NCBI GenBank assembly: GCA_903959905.1 | Contig: CAJBYO010000029.1 | Location: forward strand, 169,518-233,517 | Length of the DNA stretch: 64,000 bases | Source: an uncultured Bacteroidales bacterium | Lineage (GTDB): Bacteria; Bacteroidota; Bacteroidia; Bacteroidales; FEN-979 | Direction: 5' to 3' | Shown: piece after piece, positions 1-10,348 of the stretch | How the letters are laid out: each line of letters opens with the position of its first letter | Position numbering within the stretch: position 1 is the first letter of the stretch | Program-made: the position numbers and the translations under genes | The notes under the pieces: model-generated | Seen by the model: only the letters and a program-made list of their open reading frames with translations | Database searches by the model: none | Told to the model about the DNA's origin: nothing

Positions 1-3000
1 CCGACACAACAGCACCAAGGTAAGGTAAAAGGGTCTCTGTGGTTCAGTAATATGAGCCAGTATGTCAATGTGCCGGCTCATCCCGAGGTCAATTTCGGGA
101 CCGGTGATTTCAGTTTTGATGCTTGGATCTATTTTGTCCAATACAAGACGTTCTCGGCCAATGCCATCATCCTGGACAAAATCCAGGGAGGGAACCAGGG
201 ATATTGTTTTTATGTGGACAATGGTGTTCTGGCATTGAAACTGGGTGATGGAACAGGCACCCCCGGCACTTACCTTTCGGGGGTTTCCATGCAATCGTCA
301 GGTCAGTGGGCACATGTGGCTGTTACCGTAGACAGAAACATACCCGATGGCATCGTATTCTATTACAATGGGGTGGCTTATCCCGCCGGAGATCCGACAA
401 CCCACCAGGGACCGGTCACCAATACGTTGCCGCTGAAAATAGGCGGAACGGACATCAGTGGCGGATGGGAAGGACTTGACGAGATCGAGACCTTCACCCG
501 CGTGCTTACCCCCCAGGAGATCATGGGGTTATATAATGCCGGGAGCAACGGGAAATGCAAACCCCCGATGGTGATAATCGGAAACGTAGGGAACCTCCAG
601 TGTCCCGGGATCCACACGGGCAGTATTTCAACGGTGGTTCACGGGGGAATAGCGGAATATACGTATCTCTGGAGCAATGGCTCAACATCTTCTGCAATCA
701 GTTCACTGGCCGCCGGAACCTATTCTGTCACTGTAACGGATGCCTATGGTATGGTTGCCGAAGCTTCCTTCACAGTAAACCAGCCGGCGCTGATGGCTTT
801 ATTAACGGATGTCACACCGGCAACCTGCACGGGAGTGTCGGACGGTGCGATTGACCTGACGGTAACCGGAGGCATATTGCCATACACCTACCAATGGAGC
901 AATGGCCCTCAAACCGAGGATATATCGGGGTTGCCGGCTGGAACATACACCGTGACAGTTACTGGTTCAAGTGGTTGTTCGCAAACCGCCACCCGGGTTA
1001 TTACCGTGAACCCGTTCCTTAGCGGCAGCATTTGCGGCTATAAATTTAATGACATGAATGGGGACGGGATATTTGATGGTGATGAAACCACGTTGTCAGG
1101 CTGGACCATCAGTATAAACACCATCCCTGTCACCACCACAACCACCGATGCAAACGGAGCATATTGTTTTAACGGGGTTTGTCCGGGGACATACCAGGTT
1201 TCTGAAGTTTCTCAACCTCTGTGGACCCAAACATGCCCGTCCGCTCCAAGGTTTCATGTTGTTGATCTTGTTGCAGGACAAAGCGTTCCTGGTGTTGATT
1301 TCGGCAACCGGCCCTGTGTTACACCACCTATTGGGATGACAAACTGGTGGGCGCTGGATGAAACAACAGGCACAATTGCCACAGATCTCAAAGAGACCAA
1401 TAACCAGGGTACCTATGTTGGTAACCCGCAACAGATGCCTGGAAAAGTTGCCTGGTCCCTGAAGTTCCTGAACATGTCTCAGTATGTGACTGTGCCTGAC
1501 AACGACGAAGTTGACATCGGAGCTGAAAATTTCAGTTTTGATGCATGGATTATGTTGCAGCAAACCAATTCCCTGGCGGGAGATGCCATCATCCTGGACA
1601 AGTTTCAGGGGCTTAACGTGGGATATTCGTTCTATGTCCATGATGGAATGCTGGCGCTTAGAATAGGGGATGCAGGCGGAACGGCTACCTATTATTCAAT
1701 TGGCACCCTGTCTGCCGGACAATGGAATCACGTTGCTGTGACTGTTGACCGGAACAGTACGGCAGGTGTGGTATTTTATATCAACGGGGCTCCTTCCCCG
1801 GGGGGTAATCCGATGCTGCACAATCAATCGCTGTTCAACCTGTTGCCGCTGCGTATCGGCGGATCCGGTATCGCTTCATGCTGGGAACAGCTTGATGAGA
1901 TTGAAATGTTCCCGAGGGTTCTTAATGCCCAGGAAATCTTTGACATTTACAACTCGGATATACACGGGAAATGCAAGGCAACCGGGAAGATAACCGGGTT
2001 TAAATTTAATGACGTTAACGATAACCAATTATACGACAACCCTCCTGATTTTAAGATTCCTGGCTGGCAGATTCTGCTGTCCGGGGATAAAACAGAAGTA
2101 GTCTTCACAGATGCAGCCGGAAACTATTCTTTTGATAACCTTATGCCTGGGCACTACACGGTATCTGAAGAGGTGCGTGAACCGGAATGTGTACAAACCT
2201 TTCCTCCGCTGCCTGGTGAGTATTATGTTGAACTTAACAACGGTCAGACAGAGACGGCCAGAATTTTCGGCAATCATTGCACACCCGGTGGTATCGTGAT
2301 AGATTCCAATGTTACCGCCCTGTTATGCAATGCCGTGCCTACGGGGATCATCCATATCAATGTTACCGGCGGACTGTCTCCCTATGACTTTTCATGGAGC
2401 AATGGTCAATCCACCGCAACAATTGATTCACTGCCTGCCGGACCCTATTCTGTAACTGTAACTGATATGCTTGGCTCAACTGCCACGGGAACATATATAG
2501 TTACAGAACCACCTGCTCTTGTATTATCTTCTACGATAATTGCAGCGGTTTGTTCCGGCTCATCCGGAGGGGCTATTCATGCAATTGTATCAGGAGGTGT
2601 CCCACCTTATATTTACACCTGGAGTGATGGAACAATAACTTTTACCACCTCTTCAGGCATGCTGGATGGATTATCAGGAGGGACATACACTATAACTGTT
2701 TCGGATGCCAACGGATGCATGGCTTCCACAAGCCAGTATCTCCCATCAAATCCGCTTCCGGTGGTATTCTCAGGCACCGGGGGAGGAAGTTACTGCGAGG
2801 GAGGCCCCGGAGTACCTGTGGGATTATCGGGTTCCGAAACAGGGGTCATGTACACGCTTTTGCATGGCGCAAATCAGGTAGGGAGCCCAGTCATGGGAAC
2901 CGGAGGTCCTATCTCCTTTGGACTTCAGACATTGGCCGGAATCTATTCTGTAATAGGTGAATACCCCGGAACAGGATGTTCTGCAGTGATGGATACCCTC

Positions 3001-6000
3001 CCCCCTATTGACCCCGATCCCTATTTGATCGTGAGTGTGGCGATATCCGCATCATCCAACCCGGTTTGTCAGGGGATGCCGGTGACGTATGCAGCTACTG
3101 CGGTAAACGGGGGAATTACGCCTTTTTACGAATGGTTTGTAAACGGCATCAGTTCCCAGAACGGAATTAATCCGGCCTTTATTTATACCCCTGCCAACTA
3201 CGACATTATAACGTGCGTTATGACTTCGGATGAAACCTGCACCATAGGAAATCCTGCCACTTCCAATTCCGTGTCAATGCTGGTTGCGAACCCCCAGGTG
3301 GAAGCCACCACCTCAGGCACGCGTTGCGGATATGGTTCTGTAACGCTTTCCGCCTTCGGATCGCCCGGAGCAACGCTCACATGGTACGCAACTCCTATCG
3401 GGGGAACTGTACTGGGAACCGGCTCCATCTTCGATACACCGGCAATCGCGGTAACCACAACCTTTTATGTTAGTGCTGCTTATGCCGGTTGCGAATCATC
3501 ACGTGTACCCACAGTTGCCTTCGTTACTCCTGCTGACGCGATTTATGCGACTGCAACCCCGTCTGTGATCTGTGCAGGGCAAAGTAGTGTTCTGAATGTA
3601 ACCCAGTCAGGTTCTAATAACAGTTATACATATACCTGGACCGACGGAACTGCCTGCATTAATGGACAATCCGTCAGTGTAACGCCACAGGCAACCACCA
3701 TGTATACGGTGACAGGAACCGACGGTAGTTGTGTCGCCACAGCTTCGGTAGTGGTTACGGTCAATCCAACGCTGATTGTCAGCGTATACATCTCGGCTTC
3801 AGCCAACCCGGTGATGGCCGGCACCCCGGTGACCTTAATGGCCACAGTGGTGCCTGTAGGATTAAACTCGTCTTACCAATGGATGAAGAATGGAATTAGT
3901 ATCTCCGGAGCCACCACTGTCAATTACACCTATGTCCCGGAGAACAATGACATGCTTGCCTGTATGATTACTTTCACTGAGAACTGTGTAAGCGGTAACC
4001 CCGTTGTGTCCAATACGGTTACTATGACAGTACTGCCTGCAATGACCTTGTCATTTAACATGGTCCCGGAATGCACCTATAATTTCATTTCAGTCAGTGT
4101 AGCCGGTGGAAATCCGCCATACCAATATACATGGAGCAATGGGGCAACAACTTATTACCAGTACCTGACAGCAGGAACCTATACAGTATCGGTGACGGAT
4201 GCCAATAACGTCACAGTCGCCAGCCCCTGTACTGTTGTTACCCTGGATTGTGATTTCGGAGATGCCAAAGAACCTTTGTATCATACCTATCATGGAAGTA
4301 ACGGTCCGCGCCATGCCATATCAGGATTAAAGCTCGGGATGTTCATTGATACGGAAACCGATGGTCAGCAATCTTTATTTGCCGACGGTGACGACACAAA
4401 TGGTACAATTCCGGATGACGAAGATGGCATTAATGGCCCTGGGTCAGGTGCCTTTACCCAGGTCAGCACCGGCACGAACATGCTTTTATTTACAACCTAT
4501 AACAATTTGAGCCAGACGGCATACCTGCAGGGTTGGATTGATTTTGACGGGGACGGCATAATGGATCCCGGAGAACAGATTATAACAAACCAACCGATCC
4601 CACAGGGGCCTTTCAGCGGCAACATAGTTTTTACCGTGCCCCCCTTATCAAATCCGCTGTTTTCCATTGCCAGGTTCAGGCTGAGTACGACGTATAACCT
4701 GTCATTTACAGGATTGGCCCCGGACGGCGAGGTGGAAGATTATTATATTTATATTGACAACGTCCCGACACCAACCCTGGATTACGGTGATGCACCCGAC
4801 AACGGCAACTTTCAGTATAATACACTGAACGTGAATGATGGTGCCCGCCATTTCAGCGATTGTCATGTAAGGCTAGGCACATTGACTGATGCCGAACCGG
4901 ATGGGCTGCAAACAATCATGGCCAACGGTGACGGGAGTGATGAGGATGGGGTGGTCTTTCCATCCTCCTTCTCTGCAACCAACAACATCATCACGATTTA
5001 TCCGCATAACGACCTGTTGAACGGTACGGTATATCTGAACGGATGGATGGACTTCAACCAGGATGGAATCTGGGGAAATTCTCCGAATGAACATTTCCTG
5101 GTTGAATATCAGATCCCATACAGTGGTGCCACCTGCTGTTATGATCCGCTTCACCCGGGATGGCTTTTAAACGTACCAGTCCCCCTGCCTTTAATGGCCA
5201 GCGGCTGCATGTACGCCCGGTTCAGGATCAGCGACACCCCCGGTGTGGGACCATCGCAGCCGTCAGGAATTCCCGTAACGATAGGGGAGGTTGAAGATTA
5301 CAGGGTTTGTCTTAATTCCTGTCCTGCTGCCTGTGAAAGCTTTGATGACGGCACCAGCAATTTCATGACCAGCAACGACGGTGCGGTCAGTAATGGCAAC
5401 CTTGTTATTACAACCCCCGGATCTGGTGGATATACTGGCGACAAAGGATTAAAAGTGACAGATATTTCCGGTTCCACATGGATTTACAACAATTCCACGG
5501 ATTATAGCGGGAATTACCTGTTATGTGATAACAATTGTCTTTGCTGGGATATCAACATGCTTGAAAATGATCAGAGTTATTATCCCAGTATATTTATTTT
5601 CCGGGGATTTAATACATCTCTGCCTGTTGGCCCATCCAATCCGCAGTATATGGCACGGTTCACGTCTTCCTCCCTGATCGGTCTGGATAGGTGGGCACAT
5701 ACGTGTGCAAGGATTCAGCCCTCTGCAGGGAATGATCCGCCATTAAGCCAGGAAGGAACATGGACCTGGAATAATTACCCGGGATCTAATCCCCCGGACT
5801 GGAATAACTTTATAAGCGACATCGGCGGAATCATGTTCCGGGTTGATGTTACAGGATGGGGGGGGGCGGAATCTTTCATCCTTGACAGCATCTGCCTGAG
5901 CCCCTGTGTGACTGATACGGTTACACTGACCGTAAATTCCCTGCCTTGTTCCAATGTCAATATTAATGCGACACCCATGGACATTCATGGAAACGGTTCC

Positions 6001-7320
6001 GGAACGACATTATTTACCCGGGATTATATCCAGGGTGCGATCGTTTACCTTACCGCGCCGCAAACCATGACCTGCGGAAACGACCAATACTGTTTCAAAC
6101 AGTGGATTGTCAATGGCCTAAGCTTCATGCCGGTGACCGATAACCCGATTAAGGTGAAGATGAACTCGGATAAAAATTATACAGCCCTGTATTGCAGGAA
6201 GAATAAAACAATCCTGGTGCAGGCGATGATCGGGAGCGACCCTGGTCCTGCACTTACAGGTGTTCCGATCACCTATTCGCCAACTCTTGGCAGCGATCCG
6301 AACGGTCTGGTATTGAATCCGTTCGGGACATCCCCTGCACCAGTACCATTTACCGGTACGTACTATTACCCCTCGTGCAATATGACCCCGGTCGTGTATA
6401 CATTGGCTGCCCCTTTAACTTATAACAATCATCATTTCCTGTGGTGGCATGTCATCCGCACCGATTGTTACGGTAACACCGTCAGCCTGATCCCGACAGG
6501 GAGTAATGTGATCAGCTATCCGCTTGACAATGATTACATTTGTACAGCCATATATGACAACTGCTGCCTTGCTACTGTTACCAATGCTGGTGCAAATTGC
6601 TGCGATGGTTCGATAGACTTCAGTGCCCCGTGCGGAACGCCCCCATATACCTACATGTGGTCAAATACGGCTACTACGCAAGACATTTCAGGCCTTTGTC
6701 CGGGTACATATTGTGTAACTGTAACCGATGGTTATAATGTAGACTATGAATGTTGCTGGGATGTAGGCCAGAATAAATCTGCATGCCAGTCAACATACAT
6801 TCAAAACCACGTTGTTGAAAACGGGAGGGACACTTGTTTCGATGCGCTCCAAACCATTTATGTCGCAGGAAATGGCACGAACTTCACCGTTTTGAACGGG
6901 GGCAGTTCCACGCTCATTGCAGGGCAGAAAATCAGCTTTATGCCGGGTACAAAGGTGTTTCCGGGAGGCTACCTGCATGCGTACATCGCCCCCGCTGGCC
7001 CCTGGTGCGGCACAAAATCCACTGCATTTGTTGAAATTGCCGAAGAAACAACTGAGATTACCGCGGGTTCAGGCAAATCATTCTTCAGCCTTTTCCCAAA
7101 CCCCACAACTGGTGCATTCACCCTTGAACTCAAAGGCCTTGAAGAAACAGCTGAACTCCGTGTTGAAATGTACGGCATTTATGGTGAGCGTTTAACGTCA
7201 ACAGAACTGAAGGGCAGGAAGAAATACGAGTTATCCCTTGAAGACAAGCCGGCAGGCATCTATTTCGTCCGCGTCGTTAGCGGAAAATATGCTGGTACAG
7301 GGAAAATAATTAAACAATGA
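1..7320 (+). CDS. Giant T9SS-secreted adhesin-like protein, 5'-partial (LamG-like x2, SprB-type repeats, SdrD-B/Cna-B-like x2, GEVED x2, T9SS C-terminal sorting domain)
   Basis: The frame of ORF 52..7320 stays open back to nt 1. The residues PTQQHQGKVKGSLWFSN precede the listed Met and parallel GKVAWSLKFLN before the second LamG copy, so the true start lies upstream of the window. Motifs: FSFDAWI...LDEIE.F.RVL..QEI twice; C.G...GAI...GG..PYTY.WSNG....I.GL.AGTY.VTVTD at least 6 times; GYKFNDMNGDG...TDANGAYCF..PGTYQVSE; GEVEDY near nt 4727 and 5290; C-terminal FPNPTTGAFTLE...GIYFVRV. Confidence 0.85.
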   Translation, partial: PTQQHQGKVKGSLWFSNMSQYVNVPAHPEVNFGTGDFSFDAWIYFVQYKTFSANAIILDKIQGGNQGYCFYVDNGVLALKLGDGTGTPGTYLSGVSMQSSGQWAHVAVTVDRNIPDGIVFYYNGVAYPAGDPTTHQGPVTNTLPLKIGGTDISGGWEGLDEIETFTRVLTPQEIMGLYNAGSNGKCKPPMVIIGNVGNLQCPGIHTGSISTVVHGGIAEYTYLWSNGSTSSAISSLAAGTYSVTVTDAYGMVAEASFTVNQPALMALLTDVTPATCTGVSDGAIDLTVTGGILPYTYQWSNGPQTEDISGLPAGTYTVTVTGSSGCSQTATRVITVNPFLSGSICGYKFNDMNGDGIFDGDETTLSGWTISINTIPVTTTTTDANGAYCFNGVCPGTYQVSEVSQPLWTQTCPSAPRFHVVDLVAGQSVPGVDFGNRPCVTPPIGMTNWWALDETTGTIATDLKETNNQGTYVGNPQQMPGKVAWSLKFLNMSQYVTVPDNDEVDIGAENFSFDAWIMLQQTNSLAGDAIILDKFQGLNVGYSFYVHDGMLALRIGDAGGTATYYSIGTLSAGQWNHVAVTVDRNSTAGVVFYINGAPSPGGNPMLHNQSLFNLLPLRIGGSGIASCWEQLDEIEMFPRVLNAQEIFDIYNSDIHGKCKATGKITGFKFNDVNDNQLYDNPPDFKIPGWQILLSGDKTEVVFTDAAGNYSFDNLMPGHYTVSEEVREPECVQTFPPLPGEYYVELNNGQTETARIFGNHCTPGGIVIDSNVTALLCNAVPTGIIHINVTGGLSPYDFSWSNGQSTATIDSLPAGPYSVTVTDMLGSTATGTYIVTEPPALVLSSTIIAAVCSGSSGGAIHAIVSGGVPPYIYTWSDGTITFTTSSGMLDGLSGGTYTITVSDANGCMASTSQYLPSNPLPVVFSGTGGGSYCEGGPGVPVGLSGSETGVMYTLLHGANQVGSPVMGTGGPISFGLQTLAGIYSVIGEYPGTGCSAVMDTLPPIDPDPYLIVSVAISASSNPVCQGMPVTYAATAVNGGITPFYEWFVNGISSQNGINPAFIYTPANYDIITCVMTSDETCTIGNPATSNSVSMLVANPQVEATTSGTRCGYGSVTLSAFGSPGATLTWYATPIGGTVLGTGSIFDTPAIAVTTTFYVSAAYAGCESSRVPTVAFVTPADAIYATATPSVICAGQSSVLNVTQSGSNNSYTYTWTDGTACINGQSVSVTPQATTMYTVTGTDGSCVATASVVVTVNPTLIVSVYISASANPVMAGTPVTLMATVVPVGLNSSYQWMKNGISISGATTVNYTYVPENNDMLACMITFTENCVSGNPVVSNTVTMTVLPAMTLSFNMVPECTYNFISVSVAGGNPPYQYTWSNGATTYYQYLTAGTYTVSVTDANNVTVASPCTVVTLDCDFGDAKEPLYHTYHGSNGPRHAISGLKLGMFIDTETDGQQSLFADGDDTNGTIPDDEDGINGPGSGAFTQVSTGTNMLLFTTYNNLSQTAYLQGWIDFDGDGIMDPGEQIITNQPIPQGPFSGNIVFTVPPLSNPLFSIARFRLSTTYNLSFTGLAPDGEVEDYYIYIDNVPTPTLDYGDAPDNGNFQYNTLNVNDGARHFSDCHVRLGTLTDAEPDGLQTIMANGDGSDEDGVVFPSSFSATNNIITIYPHNDLLNGTVYLNGWMDFNQDGIWGNSPNEHFLVEYQIPYSGATCCYDPLHPGWLLNVPVPLPLMASGCMYARFRISDTPGVGPSQPSGIPVTIGEVEDYRVCLNSCPAACESFDDGTSNFMTSNDGAVSNGNLVITTPGSGGYTGDKGLKVTDISGSTWIYNNSTDYSGNYLLCDNNCLCWDINMLENDQSYYPSIFIFRGFNTSLPVGPSNPQYMARFTSSSLIGLDRWAHTCARIQPSAGNDPPLSQEGTWTWNNYPGSNPPDWNNFISDIGGIMFRVDVTGWGGAESFILDSICLSPCVTDTVTLTVNSLPCSNVNINATPMDIHGNGSGTTLFTRDYIQGAIVYLTAPQTMTCGNDQYCFKQWIVNGLSFMPVTDNPIKVKMNSDKNYTALYCRKNKTILVQAMIGSDPGPALTGVPITYSPTLGSDPNGLVLNPFGTSPAPVPFTGTYYYPSCNMTPVVYTLAAPLTYNNHHFLWWHVIRTDCYGNTVSLIPTGSNVISYPLDNDYICTAIYDNCCLATVTNAGANCCDGSIDFSAPCGTPPYTYMWSNTATTQDISGLCPGTYCVTVTDGYNVDYECCWDVGQNKSACQSTYIQNHVVENGRDTCFDALQTIYVAGNGTNFTVLNGGSSTLIAGQKISFMPGTKVFPGGYLHAYIAPAGPWCGTKSTAFVEIAEETTEITAGSGKSFFSLFPNPTTGAFTLELKGLEETAELRVEMYGIYGERLTSTELKGRKKYELSLEDKPAGIYFVRVVSGKYAGTGKIIKQ

Positions 7321-7364
7321 TTCCAGGTGCAACCACCATGATTTTGATGAATTAATGGTCAGGC

Positions 7365-7430
7365 AAAATTGCCTTTTGCTCAGCAGATGTCGGCGGCGGT
7401 ATCTCAGGCAAAAGGCAATTTTTCTTTTAC
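7365..7430 (+). terminator. Rho-independent terminator after the giant adhesin gene
   Basis: A 15-bp perfect stem, aaaattgccttttgc (7365-7379) paired with gcaaaaggcaatttt (7408-7422), is followed by a T-rich run tcttttac. Confidence 0.6.
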
Positions 7431-7515
7431 CGGCAATCAAACAACTTCTATTTTCCTTAATCCCACTTGATTTTTCGTTATTTTTTATTTTATCTTTACC
7501 AAAAAAACACACACT

Positions 7516-8181
7516 ATGAAAACAGGAAAACTTTACTTTGCTCTATTGGCAGTGGTTGCTGCCTTTATGCTCACTTCATGTGGATCGCCGGTAACTCTTA
7601 CCACATGGAAAAACCCCGAAATCAAAACCCAGATATCAAACGTGGTCGTCATGCCTATGTTTGAAAAGCTTGAGTACGTTAAACCTTTTGAACAGTCCAT
7701 GGACGCCTATTTTGAGAAGCGTGGGCTCAAAGCCATCGGGGCACTTGATTTCCTGAATCCGAACATTAAATACCCGCTTGACGACATCAAACGGAAGTGC
7801 GACAGCGTGGGTGCGGATGCCATCCTGGTATTTGTTTACAAAGGAACTGACAAAACAGAAAATTATATCCCGCAAACGACCTATGTAACAGGAGGATACG
7901 GCGGTTACTGGGGTGGCGGCTACTGGGGTGGCGGCTATTACGGAGGCGTTGGTTACTACGGTGGTGGTGTTGTTTCTACCGGAGGTTACTGGACAACTAC
8001 CTCTGTGATCAACCTGAATGCAAGCCTTTATGTTCATGGATCTAAAGATGCTATCTGGACAGGTGACATCACAGTTACAGATCCTCAATATGTTGATCAG
8101 ACAGCAGCAAACATCGCTCAGGACATATACAGCGACTGGCAGAAATACGACCTGCTGAAACCTGTTGTTACAGGGAAATAG
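7516..8181 (+). CDS. Lipoprotein with Gly/Tyr/Trp-rich low-complexity segment
   Basis: Signal peptide with lipobox (AAFMLTSC GSP); segment GGYGGYWGGGYWGGGYYGGVGYYGGG; terminator directly downstream. Confidence 0.7.
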   Translation: MKTGKLYFALLAVVAAFMLTSCGSPVTLTTWKNPEIKTQISNVVVMPMFEKLEYVKPFEQSMDAYFEKRGLKAIGALDFLNPNIKYPLDDIKRKCDSVGADAILVFVYKGTDKTENYIPQTTYVTGGYGGYWGGGYWGGGYYGGVGYYGGGVVSTGGYWTTTSVINLNASLYVHGSKDAIWTGDITVTDPQYVDQTAANIAQDIYSDWQKYDLLKPVVTGK

Positions 8182-8201
8182 TCATACTGAAAACAGTACT
8201 C

Positions 8202-8232
8202 CAGTCCGGAATAAACAACCGGACTGTTTTTT
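8202..8232 (+). terminator. Rho-independent terminator
   Basis: Stem cagtccgg (8202-8209) pairs with ccggactg (8219-8226), followed by tttttt. Confidence 0.75.
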
Positions 8233-8261
8233 ATTTATTGACAAACCAAAAATTTTCGCCT

Positions 8262-8957
8262 ATGAAAAAGTATTTAGCTGAATTGATCGGAACCTTCAGC
8301 CTCGTGCTCTTTGGTTGCGGATCGGCCGTTATTGCCGGTATGAGTTCAACAGGTCCGAGTGGGATTGGATTGCTTGGAATATCTATCGCATTCGGGTTTG
8401 CCGTCGTTGCCATGGCATACGCTATCGGCGGAATATCAGGGTGTCATGTCAATCCTGCCGTGACCATCGGAGTGCTGGCAGCAGGTAAGATGGAGATGAA
8501 AGACGCAGTCGGGTACATCGTGGCACAATGCCTCGGTGCCATCCTTGGCGCAGCTGTTTTGTATCTGGTAGTTATCGGTCGACCCGGATTTCAGATGGGC
8601 GAGTGGGCGCTCGGATCCAACGGATGGGGAGAAGGTTACCTTGGTGGTTATAATACCATGAGCGCTTTTGTTACCGAGGCTGTTATGACCTTCCTGTTCC
8701 TCTTTGTCATCCTCGCCGTTACTTCTAAATTCGGTAATGGAACTATGGCCGGCCTTGCCATTGGTGTTACCCTGATGCTGATCCACCTGGTTGCGATACC
8801 CGTAACAGGTACCTCAGTGAACCCTGCCCGCAGCCTTGGCCCTGCACTTTTTGCAGGAGGGAAAGCGCTGATGCAACTGTGGTTGTTTATCGTTGCTCCC
8901 ATTGTTGGTGCACTTGTGGCAGCCGTTGTTTGGAAATTTGGATTTGAGAAAGAATAG
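8262..8957 (+). CDS. aqpZ: Aquaporin Z (MIP family water channel)
   Basis: Two NPA boxes (HVNPAVT and SVNPARS). The N-terminus MKKYLAELIGTF resembles AqpZ. I prefer the ATG at 8262 over the TTG at 8238 from the ORF track. Confidence 0.9.
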   Translation: MKKYLAELIGTFSLVLFGCGSAVIAGMSSTGPSGIGLLGISIAFGFAVVAMAYAIGGISGCHVNPAVTIGVLAAGKMEMKDAVGYIVAQCLGAILGAAVLYLVVIGRPGFQMGEWALGSNGWGEGYLGGYNTMSAFVTEAVMTFLFLFVILAVTSKFGNGTMAGLAIGVTLMLIHLVAIPVTGTSVNPARSLGPALFAGGKALMQLWLFIVAPIVGALVAAVVWKFGFEKE

Positions 8958-8979
8958 ATTAGCAGGTCTTTAATGAAAG

Positions 8980-9029
8980 TACATCGTTCCGAAGCCGTAA
9001 CAGCGGTTTCCGGACGATGTATTTTTTTT
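8980..9029 (+). terminator. Rho-independent terminator after aqpZ
   Basis: Stem tacatcgt.ccg / cgg.acgatgta with one bulge, followed by tttttttt (9022-9029). It overlaps the ORF-track start of the next gene, which argues for the later ATG there. Confidence 0.65.
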
Positions 9030-9061
9030 GTTACTTTTACTGTTCTGAATCTGGCCAAACT

Positions 9062-10324
9062 ATGCTGTTTGATTTTATTAAAGACCTCCGCAGGCGCGAT
9101 CACAAACCACGTTTTGGCGGGCTTGATATACTGAAATATATCGGCCCTGGTTTGCTTGTTACTGTTGGGTTTATTGATCCTGGCAACTGGGCTTCCAATA
9201 TTGCGGCTGGCTCAGAATTCGGCTATGAATTGCTCTGGATGGTGACACTTTCCACCATCATGCTGATCATCCTGCAGCATAATGTTGCCCATCTTGGTAT
9301 TGCTACCGGGCTTTGCCTTTCGGAGGCGGCCAACAAATACACCCCGCTTTGGATGTCGAGGGCTGTGCTGATCTCTGCCATGGGAGCATCCGTTTCCACT
9401 TCCCTTGCCGAAATCCTGGGTGCTGCAGTCGCATTGAATATGCTGTTCAACATTCCGATACCGGCCGGGGCCATCATGGCATTCGTTTTTGTTTGTATCA
9501 TGTTGTTTACCAACTCCTACCAGAAAATAGAGAAGTTTATCATTGCGTTTGTCTCCATCATTGGCCTCTCATTTCTGTATGAACTCACCCTGGTGGATAT
9601 CAACTGGGTACAGGCCGGGATCGGCTGGGTAAAACCGTCCATTCCGCAGGGATCAATGATTATCGTGATGAGTGTCCTTGGAGCCGTTGTGATGCCGCAT
9701 AACCTCTTCCTTCATTCCGAAATCATCCAGAGCCGGCAATGGAACCTGGAAGATGAGAAAGTGATCAAACGGCAACTTGATTACGAGCTTTTTGACACAC
9801 TTTTTTCCATGATCGTCGGCTGGGCCATCAACAGCGCCATCATCCTGCTGGCAGCCACAGCTTTTTTTGCCCATCACATTCCCGTGAACGAGCTGCAACA
9901 GGCCGAAAGCATCCTGAAGCCACTCCTGGGTAACAATGCCGCTGTCGTATTCGGCGTAGCACTCCTTTTTGCCGGGATTGCCTCCACGATCACCTCGGGA
10001 ATGGCTGGAGGGAGCATTTTTGCAGGACTGTTCGGTGAGCCCTATGATATTCATGACAACCATTCGCGGCTTGGCGTGATGATTTCGCTTGTTTTTGCGC
10101 TGCTCATCATCTTTGTCATCAGCAACCCTTACCAGGGACTGATCATTTCGCAAATGGTCCTCAGCATCCAGCTGCCGTTTACGATCTTTTTGCAGATTTA
10201 CCTTACCTCATCAGGGAAAGTGATGGGAAAGTATGTTAATACAACCTCAACCAAAGCCATGCTGCTTGTCGTAGGCGGAATCGTGGTTTTCCTGAATATT
10301 AAATTGCTGTTCAGTTTCTTGTAA
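9062..10324 (+). CDS. mntH: Nramp-family divalent metal (Mn2+/Fe2+) transporter
   Basis: Nramp signature GFIDPGNWASNIAAGSEFGYELLW, about 11 TM segments, MPHNLFLHS motif. Start moved to the ATG at 9062, downstream of the aqpZ terminator. Confidence 0.88.
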   Translation: MLFDFIKDLRRRDHKPRFGGLDILKYIGPGLLVTVGFIDPGNWASNIAAGSEFGYELLWMVTLSTIMLIILQHNVAHLGIATGLCLSEAANKYTPLWMSRAVLISAMGASVSTSLAEILGAAVALNMLFNIPIPAGAIMAFVFVCIMLFTNSYQKIEKFIIAFVSIIGLSFLYELTLVDINWVQAGIGWVKPSIPQGSMIIVMSVLGAVVMPHNLFLHSEIIQSRQWNLEDEKVIKRQLDYELFDTLFSMIVGWAINSAIILLAATAFFAHHIPVNELQQAESILKPLLGNNAAVVFGVALLFAGIASTITSGMAGGSIFAGLFGEPYDIHDNHSRLGVMISLVFALLIIFVISNPYQGLIISQMVLSIQLPFTIFLQIYLTSSGKVMGKYVNTTSTKAMLLVVGGIVVFLNIKLLFSFL

Positions 10325-10348
10325 GAATGGCTATTTTTGCAAAACCCC

